A stretch of 34,991 nt of DNA from a virus (taxonomy: Duplodnaviria > Caudoviricetes): positions 1-34,991 of the IMG/VR virus record IMGVR_UViG_3300012952_000056. The stretch is one strand, 5' to 3'. The notes under the pieces were generated by a model. The model did no database searches. It was not told where the DNA came from and saw only the letters and a program-made list of their open reading frames with translations. Below are positions 18,030 to 25,933 of this stretch, piece by piece. A program made the translations under genes and the position numbers. Each line of letters starts with the position of its first letter. Positions within the stretch are counted from its first letter, which is position 1.

Positions 18030-19500
18030 CTAGGTTAATCTCGTATGTTTTAAATTTAAATTCTTCGTTTTTATATATTTTTAATCTTTCTTCAGAATGT
18101 AATAAACCAAAATTTTTCCTTTTATTATTATATAAATTATCTATAACATCAAAAAGTTTGGTTGGCTCATTATTATCCGATTTTCTCAATCCTCTTCCAA
18201 TCGATTGTAATACTCTAATCTGGCTTTTAGACGGCGATGCAAAGATAATATTATGCAAATTCCGAATATTAATACCAGTACTAAAAGTACCAAGACTTGC
18301 CACAATGATAGCATCTTTTTGTTTCTCTATTATACCTCTAATAGCTTCTCGATCAGAAGTAGCTACTTCCCCGGACACAAAGAATACTTTTCTTTTATTA
18401 ATATCCACTTTACTATTTATCATTTCAAAAAGTGGTTTACCATGTTTTTCTACCCAATTAAATAATACTAAAGTATTACCTTTTTGGTCTTTCGCTAAAT
18501 TACAAATAAAAACATTTCTTTTATTATTTTCTACTATGTATTCTATTTCTTCTTGGTATGTTTTAACACCAAAATCATTTTTTGATTTTTGCGAATAATT
18601 TAAAATTATCCTTTTTATATCTAATTTAGCTAGTGTATCATTATCTTGTAATTTTTTAGTTGTAGTTACTCTATAAACTTTTCCAAATAATCCTTGTAAT
18701 ACTAATTCATGAGTTTGAGTACCATCAAGCGTACCAGTTGTTCCATATCTATATTCTGCTTCGGTAGCTTTACTCATTATAGACATAAGTGATTTAGATT
18801 TAAAACCATGGCACTCATCACCAAAAACCGCGCCAAATTGTTGAAACCAAATTTTAGGTAATTTATAAATTGATTGCCAAGTACTTATAAAAATTTCTGC
18901 TTCATCAGTTTTTTCTCTACCTGAATATATTCTATGAGCCATTTTTTCTGGCATTTTATAAGTTACAAAATCAGAATACATCTGTTCAACTAAACTAGTT
19001 GTCGGAACTATTATTAAAACTTTTTTATTATAATTAGCTAAAAACCATCTTATTAAATAATATATTATTAATGATTTACCTGATCCAGTAGGAGATAATA
19101 GTATGGCTCTTTTATTTTTAATAGCATGAGATATACCAGTAAACTGATAATCTCTTAACTCAAATGGTAAATTTAAAGTTTTAGAGAAATAAAATATTTC
19201 TTCAGGATTAATAGTATTTTGATCAGTTGCTAATCCATATTTAGTTCTATTATGTTTTAAACCATAATTTCTTGTTTTAGCAAATACAGTTAATTGTGGA
19301 TATAAACCAGCTGGTAATTCTCCACTATTTGCATCATATAATCTTATTTTGCCGTCCCAAACTCTGCGCTTAAATGCTGGCATAAATCTATAACCAGGCA
19401 CAAAAAACGAGAAAAACTCTTTTAACTCTACTGCTATACTATAATCACAGTCTACATGCAAATTATAATGATTTAGTTTCCTGACTGAAATTGTTTCCAT
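18022..19500 (-). CDS. uvsW: SF2 helicase UvsW
   Basis: WDGKIRL, SPTGSGKS, DECH, TGT, FSTGINI, LQSIGRGLR. Confidence 0.97.
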   Translation of the reverse strand: METISVRKLNHYNLHVDCDYSIAVELKEFFSFFVPGYRFMPAFKRRVWDGKIRLYDANSGELPAGLYPQLTVFAKTRNYGLKHNRTKYGLATDQNTINPEEIFYFSKTLNLPFELRDYQFTGISHAIKNKRAILLSPTGSGKSLIIYYLIRWFLANYNKKVLIIVPTTSLVEQMYSDFVTYKMPEKMAHRIYSGREKTDEAEIFISTWQSIYKLPKIWFQQFGAVFGDECHGFKSKSLMSIMSKATEAEYRYGTTGTLDGTQTHELVLQGLFGKVYRVTTTKKLQDNDTLAKLDIKRIILNYSQKSKNDFGVKTYQEEIEYIVENNKRNVFICNLAKDQKGNTLVLFNWVEKHGKPLFEMINSKVDINKRKVFFVSGEVATSDREAIRGIIEKQKDAIIVASLGTFSTGINIRNLHNIIFASPSKSQIRVLQSIGRGLRKSDNNEPTKLFDVIDNLYNNKRKNFGLLHSEERLKIYKNEEFKFKTYEINLDE

Positions 19501-19919
19501 TTAATCATATTACTTATTGTTTGATGTCGCCAATTTAAATTATTAATTATTTCTGTTAATGTTTCTACCACAGTTTTATAGTATTGTATTTTTTCTTCTG
19601 ATTTTTGTATTTCTGGATCTGAATCATAATAATAGTCCATTTCACCTTTTAAAACTTTTAGACCATCAAATGGATCCGGATCCCATTCTAATTTCTCTAT
19701 TTCGCCTTGATCCATTTTACCATTATAATATAACCATTTTTGTTTTAAAAGAATTTTTTGCGCAAATTCTGTTTTCTTTAATAACAGTTTTGCGTTCATT
19801 AATTTTTCTAAATATTTGGAATGTAATAAGGGAACTTTTCTTGAGGATTCATCTAAATGTATTTCACTAATTTCACAATCGTTTTTCCAATCATCAAGTA
19901 TCTCTTTCAAATCAATCAT
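19473..19919 (-). CDS. uvsY: Recombination mediator UvsY
   Basis: PLLHSKYL, KWLYYNGK, YYDSD, I.NMI.WKQF; adjacent to uvsW. Confidence 0.9.
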   Translation of the reverse strand: MIDLKEILDDWKNDCEISEIHLDESSRKVPLLHSKYLEKLMNAKLLLKKTEFAQKILLKQKWLYYNGKMDQGEIEKLEWDPDPFDGLKVLKGEMDYYYDSDPEIQKSEEKIQYYKTVVETLTEIINNLNWRHQTISNMIKWKQFQSGN

Positions 19920-19932
19920 AATTTATCTCCAA

Positions 19933-20124
19933 TTAATAATATATATTACTATTTTTTTCAACTTCTTTCACTTCACATACTGCTACATAACTTCCTTTTG
20001 GTGTTGGTGGTTGTCTATTAATTCTTTCTGCAAAATATTTGCATCTATCGATATCATAAAAATACATAGTATCTTTTTGTAAATTGTCACCTAACCAAAC
20101 TAATAAAGCAAAAACATGAATCAC
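19933..20124 (-). CDS. Small putatively exported protein (F-x5-C...C)
   Basis: Hydrophobic N-terminus, two Cys, coupled to gp3 stop. Confidence 0.7.
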   Translation of the reverse strand: MIHVFALLVWLGDNLQKDTMYFYDIDRCKYFAERINRQPPTPKGSYVAVCEVKEVEKNSNIYY

Positions 20125-20639
20125 TAGGTACCTTTTACTAAATCAAAATAAGAAAATCTAAAAGATACAGTATATACTACAAATTCCGTACCGGTTGCAG
20201 TTGATTCAAATGTGATATCACCTAAAGCTGTTGGCACACAATCTTTATAAACTATTTGTTTTGTTTTATTATTATGACTCGATAATATCGATATTGTAAT
20301 ATCAGAATATGTAGGAACTACTTTATCTCTAAAATTTCTTCTTAATACTGGAACATCAGGTTCATCTAAAATTCTACGCATCCAATCATACATCTCATTA
20401 TATGATGATAAATTTTCATCTAATATAATAGTTGCAGATAATTCATTATAAGTTAATTGACCTCCAGGAAATGGAACACCGGTTACTTTTTGATACGGCA
20501 TTTCAACAGGATTCATAATCATACCTGGGTGTACTATAGATTGAGCAAAATACTCTAAATTAGGATAATTCTCCCTATCAATAGTTAATTTATAGGAAGT
20601 AGGTTGTAAATAATTTAAATTAGTACTTAATTCTGCCAT
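20124..20639 (-). CDS. 3: Tail tube terminator / tail completion protein (gp3)
   Basis: NYLQPT, PNLEYF, ILDENL..YNEMYDWM, YSDITI, PTALGDITF; typical position between gp23 and uvsY. Confidence 0.85.
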   Translation of the reverse strand: MAELSTNLNYLQPTSYKLTIDRENYPNLEYFAQSIVHPGMIMNPVEMPYQKVTGVPFPGGQLTYNELSATIILDENLSSYNEMYDWMRRILDEPDVPVLRRNFRDKVVPTYSDITISILSSHNNKTKQIVYKDCVPTALGDITFESTATGTEFVVYTVSFRFSYFDLVKGT

Positions 20640-20809
20640 TACCTTACGATAGCCTCTCTTTGTGATCGTTCTTCTTTTAACGTTTCTGACATATCATTTA
20701 AAAGTTCATTTTTTCTTTTTAATTCAATTTCTTTTTCTTCAATAATTTCTTTAAGCCTTTTTATTTCTTCAAGACCTCGGTAACCATATTCTGAATAACC
20801 ATTTTCCAT
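20639..20809 (-). CDS. Small coiled-coil hypothetical protein (56 aa)
   Basis: ORF 20639..20854; start MENGY at 20809 lies 5 nt after TATAAATA. Confidence 0.65.
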   Translation of the reverse strand: MENGYSEYGYRGLEEIKRLKEIIEEKEIELKRKNELLNDMSETLKEERSQREAIVR

Positions 20810-20814
20810 ACTAC

Positions 20815-20822
20815 TATTTATA
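20815..20822 (-). promoter_or_regulatory. T4-type late promoter TATAAATA
   Basis: Exact gp55 consensus in the intergenic gap. Confidence 0.75.
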
Positions 20823-21743
20823 TCACAAATAAGAAACTTTTTCATATGGTGCATAAACTTCGCATTTTTTACAAATATTAGGTAGTTTATCTGGCGTATA
20901 AAATAATTTTCTAAAATTTTTTAATTCTTCACTATACCATAATTCTGAAAACGGTTTTTCTTTTACATTACCTATTTTAGTTTCATAGTGAACATCTCTA
21001 CACTCACATACTTTATAATCACCATTAACAGTAATTAATGGTTTTCTATATGTTACTTCACATGGTTTTGTACGAGGTAATCTTTTTCGTACTTTACCAG
21101 ATAAGTGAATATTATTTTTCATTTCTTCTTCTAATAATCCACCCCAAGTATCAAAATCGTGAGCACTTACTGTTCTAATATTATTTTTTCTACATATCTG
21201 AACCATATTATTTAAATCTTGGCTAAGTGTTGGTGAATTTTCATAATGTCTCAGTGTTACATTAGCTTCTATATTTTTGTTTTTATTTAAAATTTTACCT
21301 AGTATATCTAAATTACTAATTACTTTATCAAATTTATCAACACCCATAAGTTTGTGATACATTTCTTTATTCCAACCCACCATTGAAATGGATATATCTA
21401 AAATCAAATTATTTAAATTTTCAAATGCATCTTGTATTGGTTTACGAAATGCTATAAAATTACTATAAAGAAATACTTTTTCTATTCTACTTTTTTTTAA
21501 ATAATTAATTCTTTCATGAAATAAATTATCAGTAAAAGGATCAGCAACCGTAGGTGTCATACTAATTGTTTTACCACCCATATTTGTATAATCGGTAACA
21601 ACGGATTCAAATAAATCTTGATCCATATACTGAACAGGGAATGTTCCGTGAATTTTTGGGTACATACAAAAAACACATCTGGCGTTACAGAGGTTTGTTG
21701 TCTCTATGTATAATCTTTTAGGTAAATTAAAAATACTATTCAT
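20823..21743 (-). CDS. Radical SAM enzyme with C-terminal SPASM/twitch domain
   Basis: CNARCVFC (CX3CX2C); C-terminal PC...ITVNGDYKVCEC.D...IGNV...W...ICKKC. Confidence 0.9.
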   Translation of the reverse strand: MNSIFNLPKRLYIETTNLCNARCVFCMYPKIHGTFPVQYMDQDLFESVVTDYTNMGGKTISMTPTVADPFTDNLFHERINYLKKSRIEKVFLYSNFIAFRKPIQDAFENLNNLILDISISMVGWNKEMYHKLMGVDKFDKVISNLDILGKILNKNKNIEANVTLRHYENSPTLSQDLNNMVQICRKNNIRTVSAHDFDTWGGLLEEEMKNNIHLSGKVRKRLPRTKPCEVTYRKPLITVNGDYKVCECRDVHYETKIGNVKEKPFSELWYSEELKNFRKLFYTPDKLPNICKKCEVYAPYEKVSYL

Positions 21744-21771
21744 TATATACTCTTATTAGTATATATTAAAT

Positions 21772-21798
21772 AAAAAAGGGAGGCCATAAAGACCTCCC
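21772..21798 (-). terminator. Rho-independent terminator after gp23
   Basis: GGGAGGTC-TTTAT-GGCCTCCC-TTTTTT. Confidence 0.88.
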
Positions 21799-21818
21799 AA
21801 GGTTTAACAGATTTTCTA

Positions 21819-23168
21819 TTAAGTTAGAATATTATCAACTCTGAAAATTCTGTAGTACTGGTTGGTTCTTGCAGTAGCAAGTCCGTTTGCAGGAGATGAT
21901 CCCACAAATGGGTTTGAAACCATTCCATATCGAGTTTTGAAACCGATTTTTGGTTGGAATGAGTTCTCACCAACTGCTCGTACCATAGTTAGAGGTACGT
22001 ATGGGCAGTAGAATAAACCAGCGTCATAAGGATTAGTTCCTTTATAACCAACGTTTACATAATCCGCAGTTGCATATGGATCAATATAAACTTTAGTTCT
22101 ACCATTAAGAACACCGGCAAATGTGTTACCTGTGTCATCAACACTTAACTTTGTTGACATGGAAGGAGCGTAATCCAACATTCCAGAGGCTGAAAAGCAA
22201 GAAGCAACATCAGAAGAACAGATAATAAAGTTACCTTTTCCACGTCTTGTTTCTTTTGCAATTACGTTAGATTCTCTTTCAAGTTGAATAATAAGTCCTT
22301 TGAACTTCTCAACTGACCAACGACCATCAGCATCATTAGTTAAAGAAAAGATACCTTTGGTATTCATGTTACTTTGACGACAACCGATTTTAGCCTGTTG
22401 GTTAATAGTTCTAATAACTTCTCGGTTAATTTCTGCCAAAATTTCAGTTGACAAAATATTTGCCAATTCTGTTTCAGCATCTAGCCCATGAATAGCTTTC
22501 AAGTCTTGAGCAAGTTCAAGAGTATATTCAGCTTTAAGAGCCCTTGACTTCGCAGTCACTGTAGCTTTTTCAATGGTGAATCCCATTTCTGCAAAAGCTT
22601 CTCCAGAACCATCACCCAATGCTTCAGCTTCGCCAGTAGTATAAGCATCACCGATTGTTGGAATATAAGAAGCACCAGAGTCAACGATTGTTGAGTCAGC
22701 GTTTGTATCTGATACACCAGACAAACCAGAAGGACCTTTTGCATCCATACCAGTTTTTACTGAGTCGCCTGAATAGTTAACATTAGCTTCGTTGAATAGA
22801 GCTTCATCACCGTCAGCTTGACCACCTTTAAGAATAGTGGATCTGTAAGTAGATTTCATTGCAAAGATAAGACCAGTAGGTCCTGTCATTGGTTGAACAC
22901 CACATACATCATAAGCCATAAGGTTAGGCATTGCACGTCTTACTAGCGCAATTAATACTGGATTCCAGTTAGCCGCGTTAGATGTGTTATTACTAGGAGC
23001 GGCCTCTTGAAGCATTCCTTCTTCTTTGAGTGCCATTTCCTGGTTTTCTAGAACAGCTGCAGTTACAGCTTTTCTATGATGGTCGTCAATTTTCCCAGCA
23101 GTGTCTTCATTGAGAACTGGGGCCCATTTTTCGACCAATTTATCGTAAGATATTTGCATTTGTTGCAT
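21819..23168 (-). CDS. 23: Major capsid protein (gp23)
   Basis: KWAPVL, LVRRAMPNL, GVQPMTGPTGLIFAM, SRALKAEY, QDLKAIHG, FYCPYVPL, IGFKTRYG. Confidence 0.98.
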   Translation of the reverse strand: MQQMQISYDKLVEKWAPVLNEDTAGKIDDHHRKAVTAAVLENQEMALKEEGMLQEAAPSNNTSNAANWNPVLIALVRRAMPNLMAYDVCGVQPMTGPTGLIFAMKSTYRSTILKGGQADGDEALFNEANVNYSGDSVKTGMDAKGPSGLSGVSDTNADSTIVDSGASYIPTIGDAYTTGEAEALGDGSGEAFAEMGFTIEKATVTAKSRALKAEYTLELAQDLKAIHGLDAETELANILSTEILAEINREVIRTINQQAKIGCRQSNMNTKGIFSLTNDADGRWSVEKFKGLIIQLERESNVIAKETRRGKGNFIICSSDVASCFSASGMLDYAPSMSTKLSVDDTGNTFAGVLNGRTKVYIDPYATADYVNVGYKGTNPYDAGLFYCPYVPLTMVRAVGENSFQPKIGFKTRYGMVSNPFVGSSPANGLATARTNQYYRIFRVDNILT

Positions 23169-23186
23169 AATCTTTTGCTCCCTAAA

Positions 23187-24332
23187 TTAAGTTTTTATTT
23201 GAGATTTAAGAGCATTAACATAATGAGACATTGATCCAGAAGTTTCTACCTCGTTAGTATCTTCTTCTATTTCTTCTGCTTCACCATACTTATTAGCTCT
23301 TTGCTTAAAATATGATTCTTTAATAGTCGCGACTTTATTGGCGAATGTTTCTTCGTCATCAAAATCAACTTTTTCTACTAAAGATTTCAATTTCTCAATT
23401 TGAGTTTCTGCTAGGTCTTTTGAAGCTTCACGAATGATAGCATCTCTTTTGTAACCCTCGAGTTCCTCTTGCATAGCGATAGACTTGCCAGTTTGATCAT
23501 TGAGTTGTTCTCCCAACTCTTCGACTTCTGCCGCAAGGTTGTCAACTAGGTCGACTTTAGACTCTGGTACATCAATGTAAGATTCTGTGAATAGATCTTT
23601 AAGATTATTCATAAACTTCTCAGCAATTTCAGTACGGAGACCGGTTTGAACAGCAACTTTATTTTCTTCCATCCAATTCTCAACTACATAGTTAAGATAT
23701 GAATCTACCTTATCTACCATTTGAGTTTTAGTTTCTTCAATTTCAGTTGCTAATTCTTCGTTATATTTTTCTTCAAGATTGTTGATTTCTTCAGCTAATC
23801 TTGAATTAATAGCTGCTTCCATGATGTGCCCAGCTTTAGATTTGAATTCAGCAGACAATGTTGCCTCTGATTCAACTAGAGCATTAAGATCTTCTGACCA
23901 ATCTATATCAGCATTTACAGATGATTGAACTACTTCAGTATCAGCAATTTCGTCAGCTTCTTCTGAATTTTCCATCATAAGTTTATTGTAAAGATTAGTT
24001 AGTTCCTCTTTATTTAAGGAATTCATCTTTTGGTAAGCATTATTAATCATACTAGCTTTAGTCATTCTACCTTCTTTGAAGGGTGAAGCGCCTTTATCAT
24101 TAACAGATGCAGTGTGTTTATCTGGATCACCAGGTACTACTTTCTGCATTGAATCTGAACCAGCCTTATCACCTTTACGCTTTTTAGCAGATGGTGCAGC
24201 ATTTCCCGCAGCTTTTACGGATCCTACTGACTGCTCTTCAGCGTTTTTGGTATCATGTGCTTCCTCTACGTTATTTTCATCTTCGTAAAGATCGCCAATG
24301 ACATCTTCTTGATTTTGATTTTCATCAGTCAT
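23187..24332 (-). CDS. 22: Prohead core scaffold protein (gp22)
   Basis: KVDSYLNYVVENW, LFTESYIDVP, IKESYF; start corrected to MTDEN at 24332 (GGAG SD). Confidence 0.9.
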   Translation of the reverse strand: MTDENQNQEDVIGDLYEDENNVEEAHDTKNAEEQSVGSVKAAGNAAPSAKKRKGDKAGSDSMQKVVPGDPDKHTASVNDKGASPFKEGRMTKASMINNAYQKMNSLNKEELTNLYNKLMMENSEEADEIADTEVVQSSVNADIDWSEDLNALVESEATLSAEFKSKAGHIMEAAINSRLAEEINNLEEKYNEELATEIEETKTQMVDKVDSYLNYVVENWMEENKVAVQTGLRTEIAEKFMNNLKDLFTESYIDVPESKVDLVDNLAAEVEELGEQLNDQTGKSIAMQEELEGYKRDAIIREASKDLAETQIEKLKSLVEKVDFDDEETFANKVATIKESYFKQRANKYGEAEEIEEDTNEVETSGSMSHYVNALKSQIKT

Positions 24333-24342
24333 ATTTGACTCC

Positions 24343-25002
24343 CTAAGATTTGTTTTTAAGTAACGAGAGGAAATTTTTAAACTCACGAACTTCTGTCTCA
24401 TAGAGATTAGCACGTGGAGCTTTCCGTATTTCAGTCTCCATTTTTTCAATAGTTTTAGCTTCGATAATGCCGTTATTCCAAACCCATTCAACACCTTCCA
24501 TAATCCCATTAACAAAAGCGCCAGGTGCAGACGGATCTTGCACTATATCAATAGCGTTAAGAATAAAATCGTCTTTTACATACATTGCGTCATTACGTCT
24601 TTCTAAACTTCCCATACCACGAGTCGAAACGCCCAGTTGTACACCGCCTTCGAGTAACCCTTTTACAATGTTTCCCATTGGAGTGTCCAATACTGTGGCT
24701 TTTCCCATAACATCATTTCCCTCAAATCTGAGTTCTCCGATCTTATGTGAAACTTTATCTAAATTTATAGTCGGCCCTTCGGGATGATTCAATTCACCCA
24801 CGGCACGACCTTTAGAAACTTGTTCATCGGAATATTTACCAACAGCACTTTCCATAACGCGCTTTTCGTAAATTCTACCGTTTCTATTTTTACCTTCGGC
24901 TTGAGCGAAGATACCTTCTATATTATACTTTTTCTGACCATTTTTACCTTCCGTTATATAGGTTTCTAAATATTGGTCATTAAATTCTGATATTAATTTC
25001 AT
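24343..25002 (-). CDS. 21: Prohead protease (gp21)
   Basis: KNRNGRIY, GELNHP, LGVSTRGMGS, DIVQDPSAP. Confidence 0.97.
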   Translation of the reverse strand: MKLISEFNDQYLETYITEGKNGQKKYNIEGIFAQAEGKNRNGRIYEKRVMESAVGKYSDEQVSKGRAVGELNHPEGPTINLDKVSHKIGELRFEGNDVMGKATVLDTPMGNIVKGLLEGGVQLGVSTRGMGSLERRNDAMYVKDDFILNAIDIVQDPSAPGAFVNGIMEGVEWVWNNGIIEAKTIEKMETEIRKAPRANLYETEVREFKNFLSLLKNKS

Positions 25003-25005
25003 AGC

Positions 25006-25278
25006 TTAACCCCGAGGTTTCTGTACACTAGTTAATTTAAGATCACCATGAGCACCAAACATTATATCGGTTGATATTTTTGGTATAATTACTGTCTCGT
25101 TTGCTGCTATAGTCATTGATGCACTATCACTATGCCCAGGAGTTGATATAGTTAGTAAACGTGCTGTACTACCAGAATTAACTACTCTAACATCACGAGC
25201 ACTACTAACATTTATCGCAGTGGCAGAAGTTGTAGGACAGGCCACTTCAAGAGATAGAGGTTTAAGATAACTTACCAT
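25006..25278 (-). CDS. Small beta-rich hypothetical (probably virion) protein
   Basis: 90-aa ORF in the head operon, translationally coupled. Confidence 0.7.
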   Translation of the reverse strand: MVSYLKPLSLEVACPTTSATAINVSSARDVRVVNSGSTARLLTISTPGHSDSASMTIAANETVIIPKISTDIMFGAHGDLKLTSVQKPRG

Positions 25279-25487
25279 TATTTTGTTCCCTTATATTGTT
25301 TTATGAATGTAGTACCAGCCTTTTCTGCTTCTCTTTGACTTCGGTATACATCTAGTTTATCACCATCAATATATACACAAAAACCCTTTGGTTCTTTCAC
25401 TATTGTCATTTTCTGTTTACCAATTCTTTTACTTACGATTGGTTTACCATAAGATTTAGCTTCTCGTAATTCAGAAAAAGTTTTCAT
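25278..25487 (-). CDS. Small basic head protein with capsid-targeting-like N-terminus (internal protein/gp68-like)
   Basis: MKTFSELREA resembles the T4 internal-protein targeting peptide; preceded by TATAAATA. Confidence 0.65.
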   Translation of the reverse strand: MKTFSELREAKSYGKPIVSKRIGKQKMTIVKEPKGFCVYIDGDKLDVYRSQREAEKAGTTFIKQYKGTK

Positions 25488-25518
25488 TTATTTTTTATCT
25501 TTTTTACTACGTTTTATA

Positions 25519-25526
25519 TATTTATA
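25519..25526 (-). promoter_or_regulatory. T4-type late promoter TATAAATA
   Basis: Exact consensus in the intergenic gap. Confidence 0.75.
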
Positions 25527-25538
25527 AACTTTGTGATC

Positions 25539-25916
25539 TTAACCATCATGTGCTTCTATATCTTCTTCAGACTCATCTGTTTCATCTTTCAAATTTTCTT
25601 CTTCAGAATCTTCTTCAGAATCATCTTCTAGGTCTTCTTCAGAATCTTCTTCAGAATCATCTTCTAGATCATCAGGTGTTTCATCATCTTCATCAGCAAC
25701 ATCTTGCTCATCTGCAAGATCTTCTTCATCTTCAGCATTATTATAAAACTGATTAGCAAGTTTTATCTGCTCTTGATCCATGACGTCATTTAATTTAACT
25801 GTCATAGCATCACCAAAAGCTTGACTGGCTTTATTATAGTCTTGAGCTAATGCATGTTGCACTAAATCATGTAGTGGGTTTTCTTCTTGTTCAATTTCTT
25901 GTGCTTCTTCAGCCAT
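25539..25916 (-). CDS. Acidic prohead core protein (gp67-like)
   Basis: Helical N-terminus plus long D/E tail; position upstream of gp21; AGGAG SD. Confidence 0.7.
   Translation of the reverse strand: MAEEAQEIEQEENPLHDLVQHALAQDYNKASQAFGDAMTVKLNDVMDQEQIKLANQFYNNAEDEEDLADEQDVADEDDETPDDLEDDSEEDSEEDLEDDSEEDSEEENLKDETDESEEDIEAHDG
25597..25667. repeat. 36-bp tandem duplication (LEDDSEEDSEED) in the acidic tail
   Basis: tcttcttcagaatcttcttcagaatcatcttctag at 25597 and 25633. Confidence 0.9.
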
Positions 25917-25933
25917 AATTTACTCCTTATTTG

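Noticed and set aside
8751-21770. TATATA-type variant late promoters before hsp20, uvsY and the radical SAM gene
   Set aside because: Suggestive but indistinguishable from AT-rich background without TSS data.
24333-24515. N-terminal extension of the gp22 ORF
   Set aside because: Overlaps gp21 in another frame; a GGAG-led ATG at 24332 is the better start.
25597-25667. CRISPR-like or regulatory repeat array
   Set aside because: Simple coding duplication in an acidic tail; no spacers.
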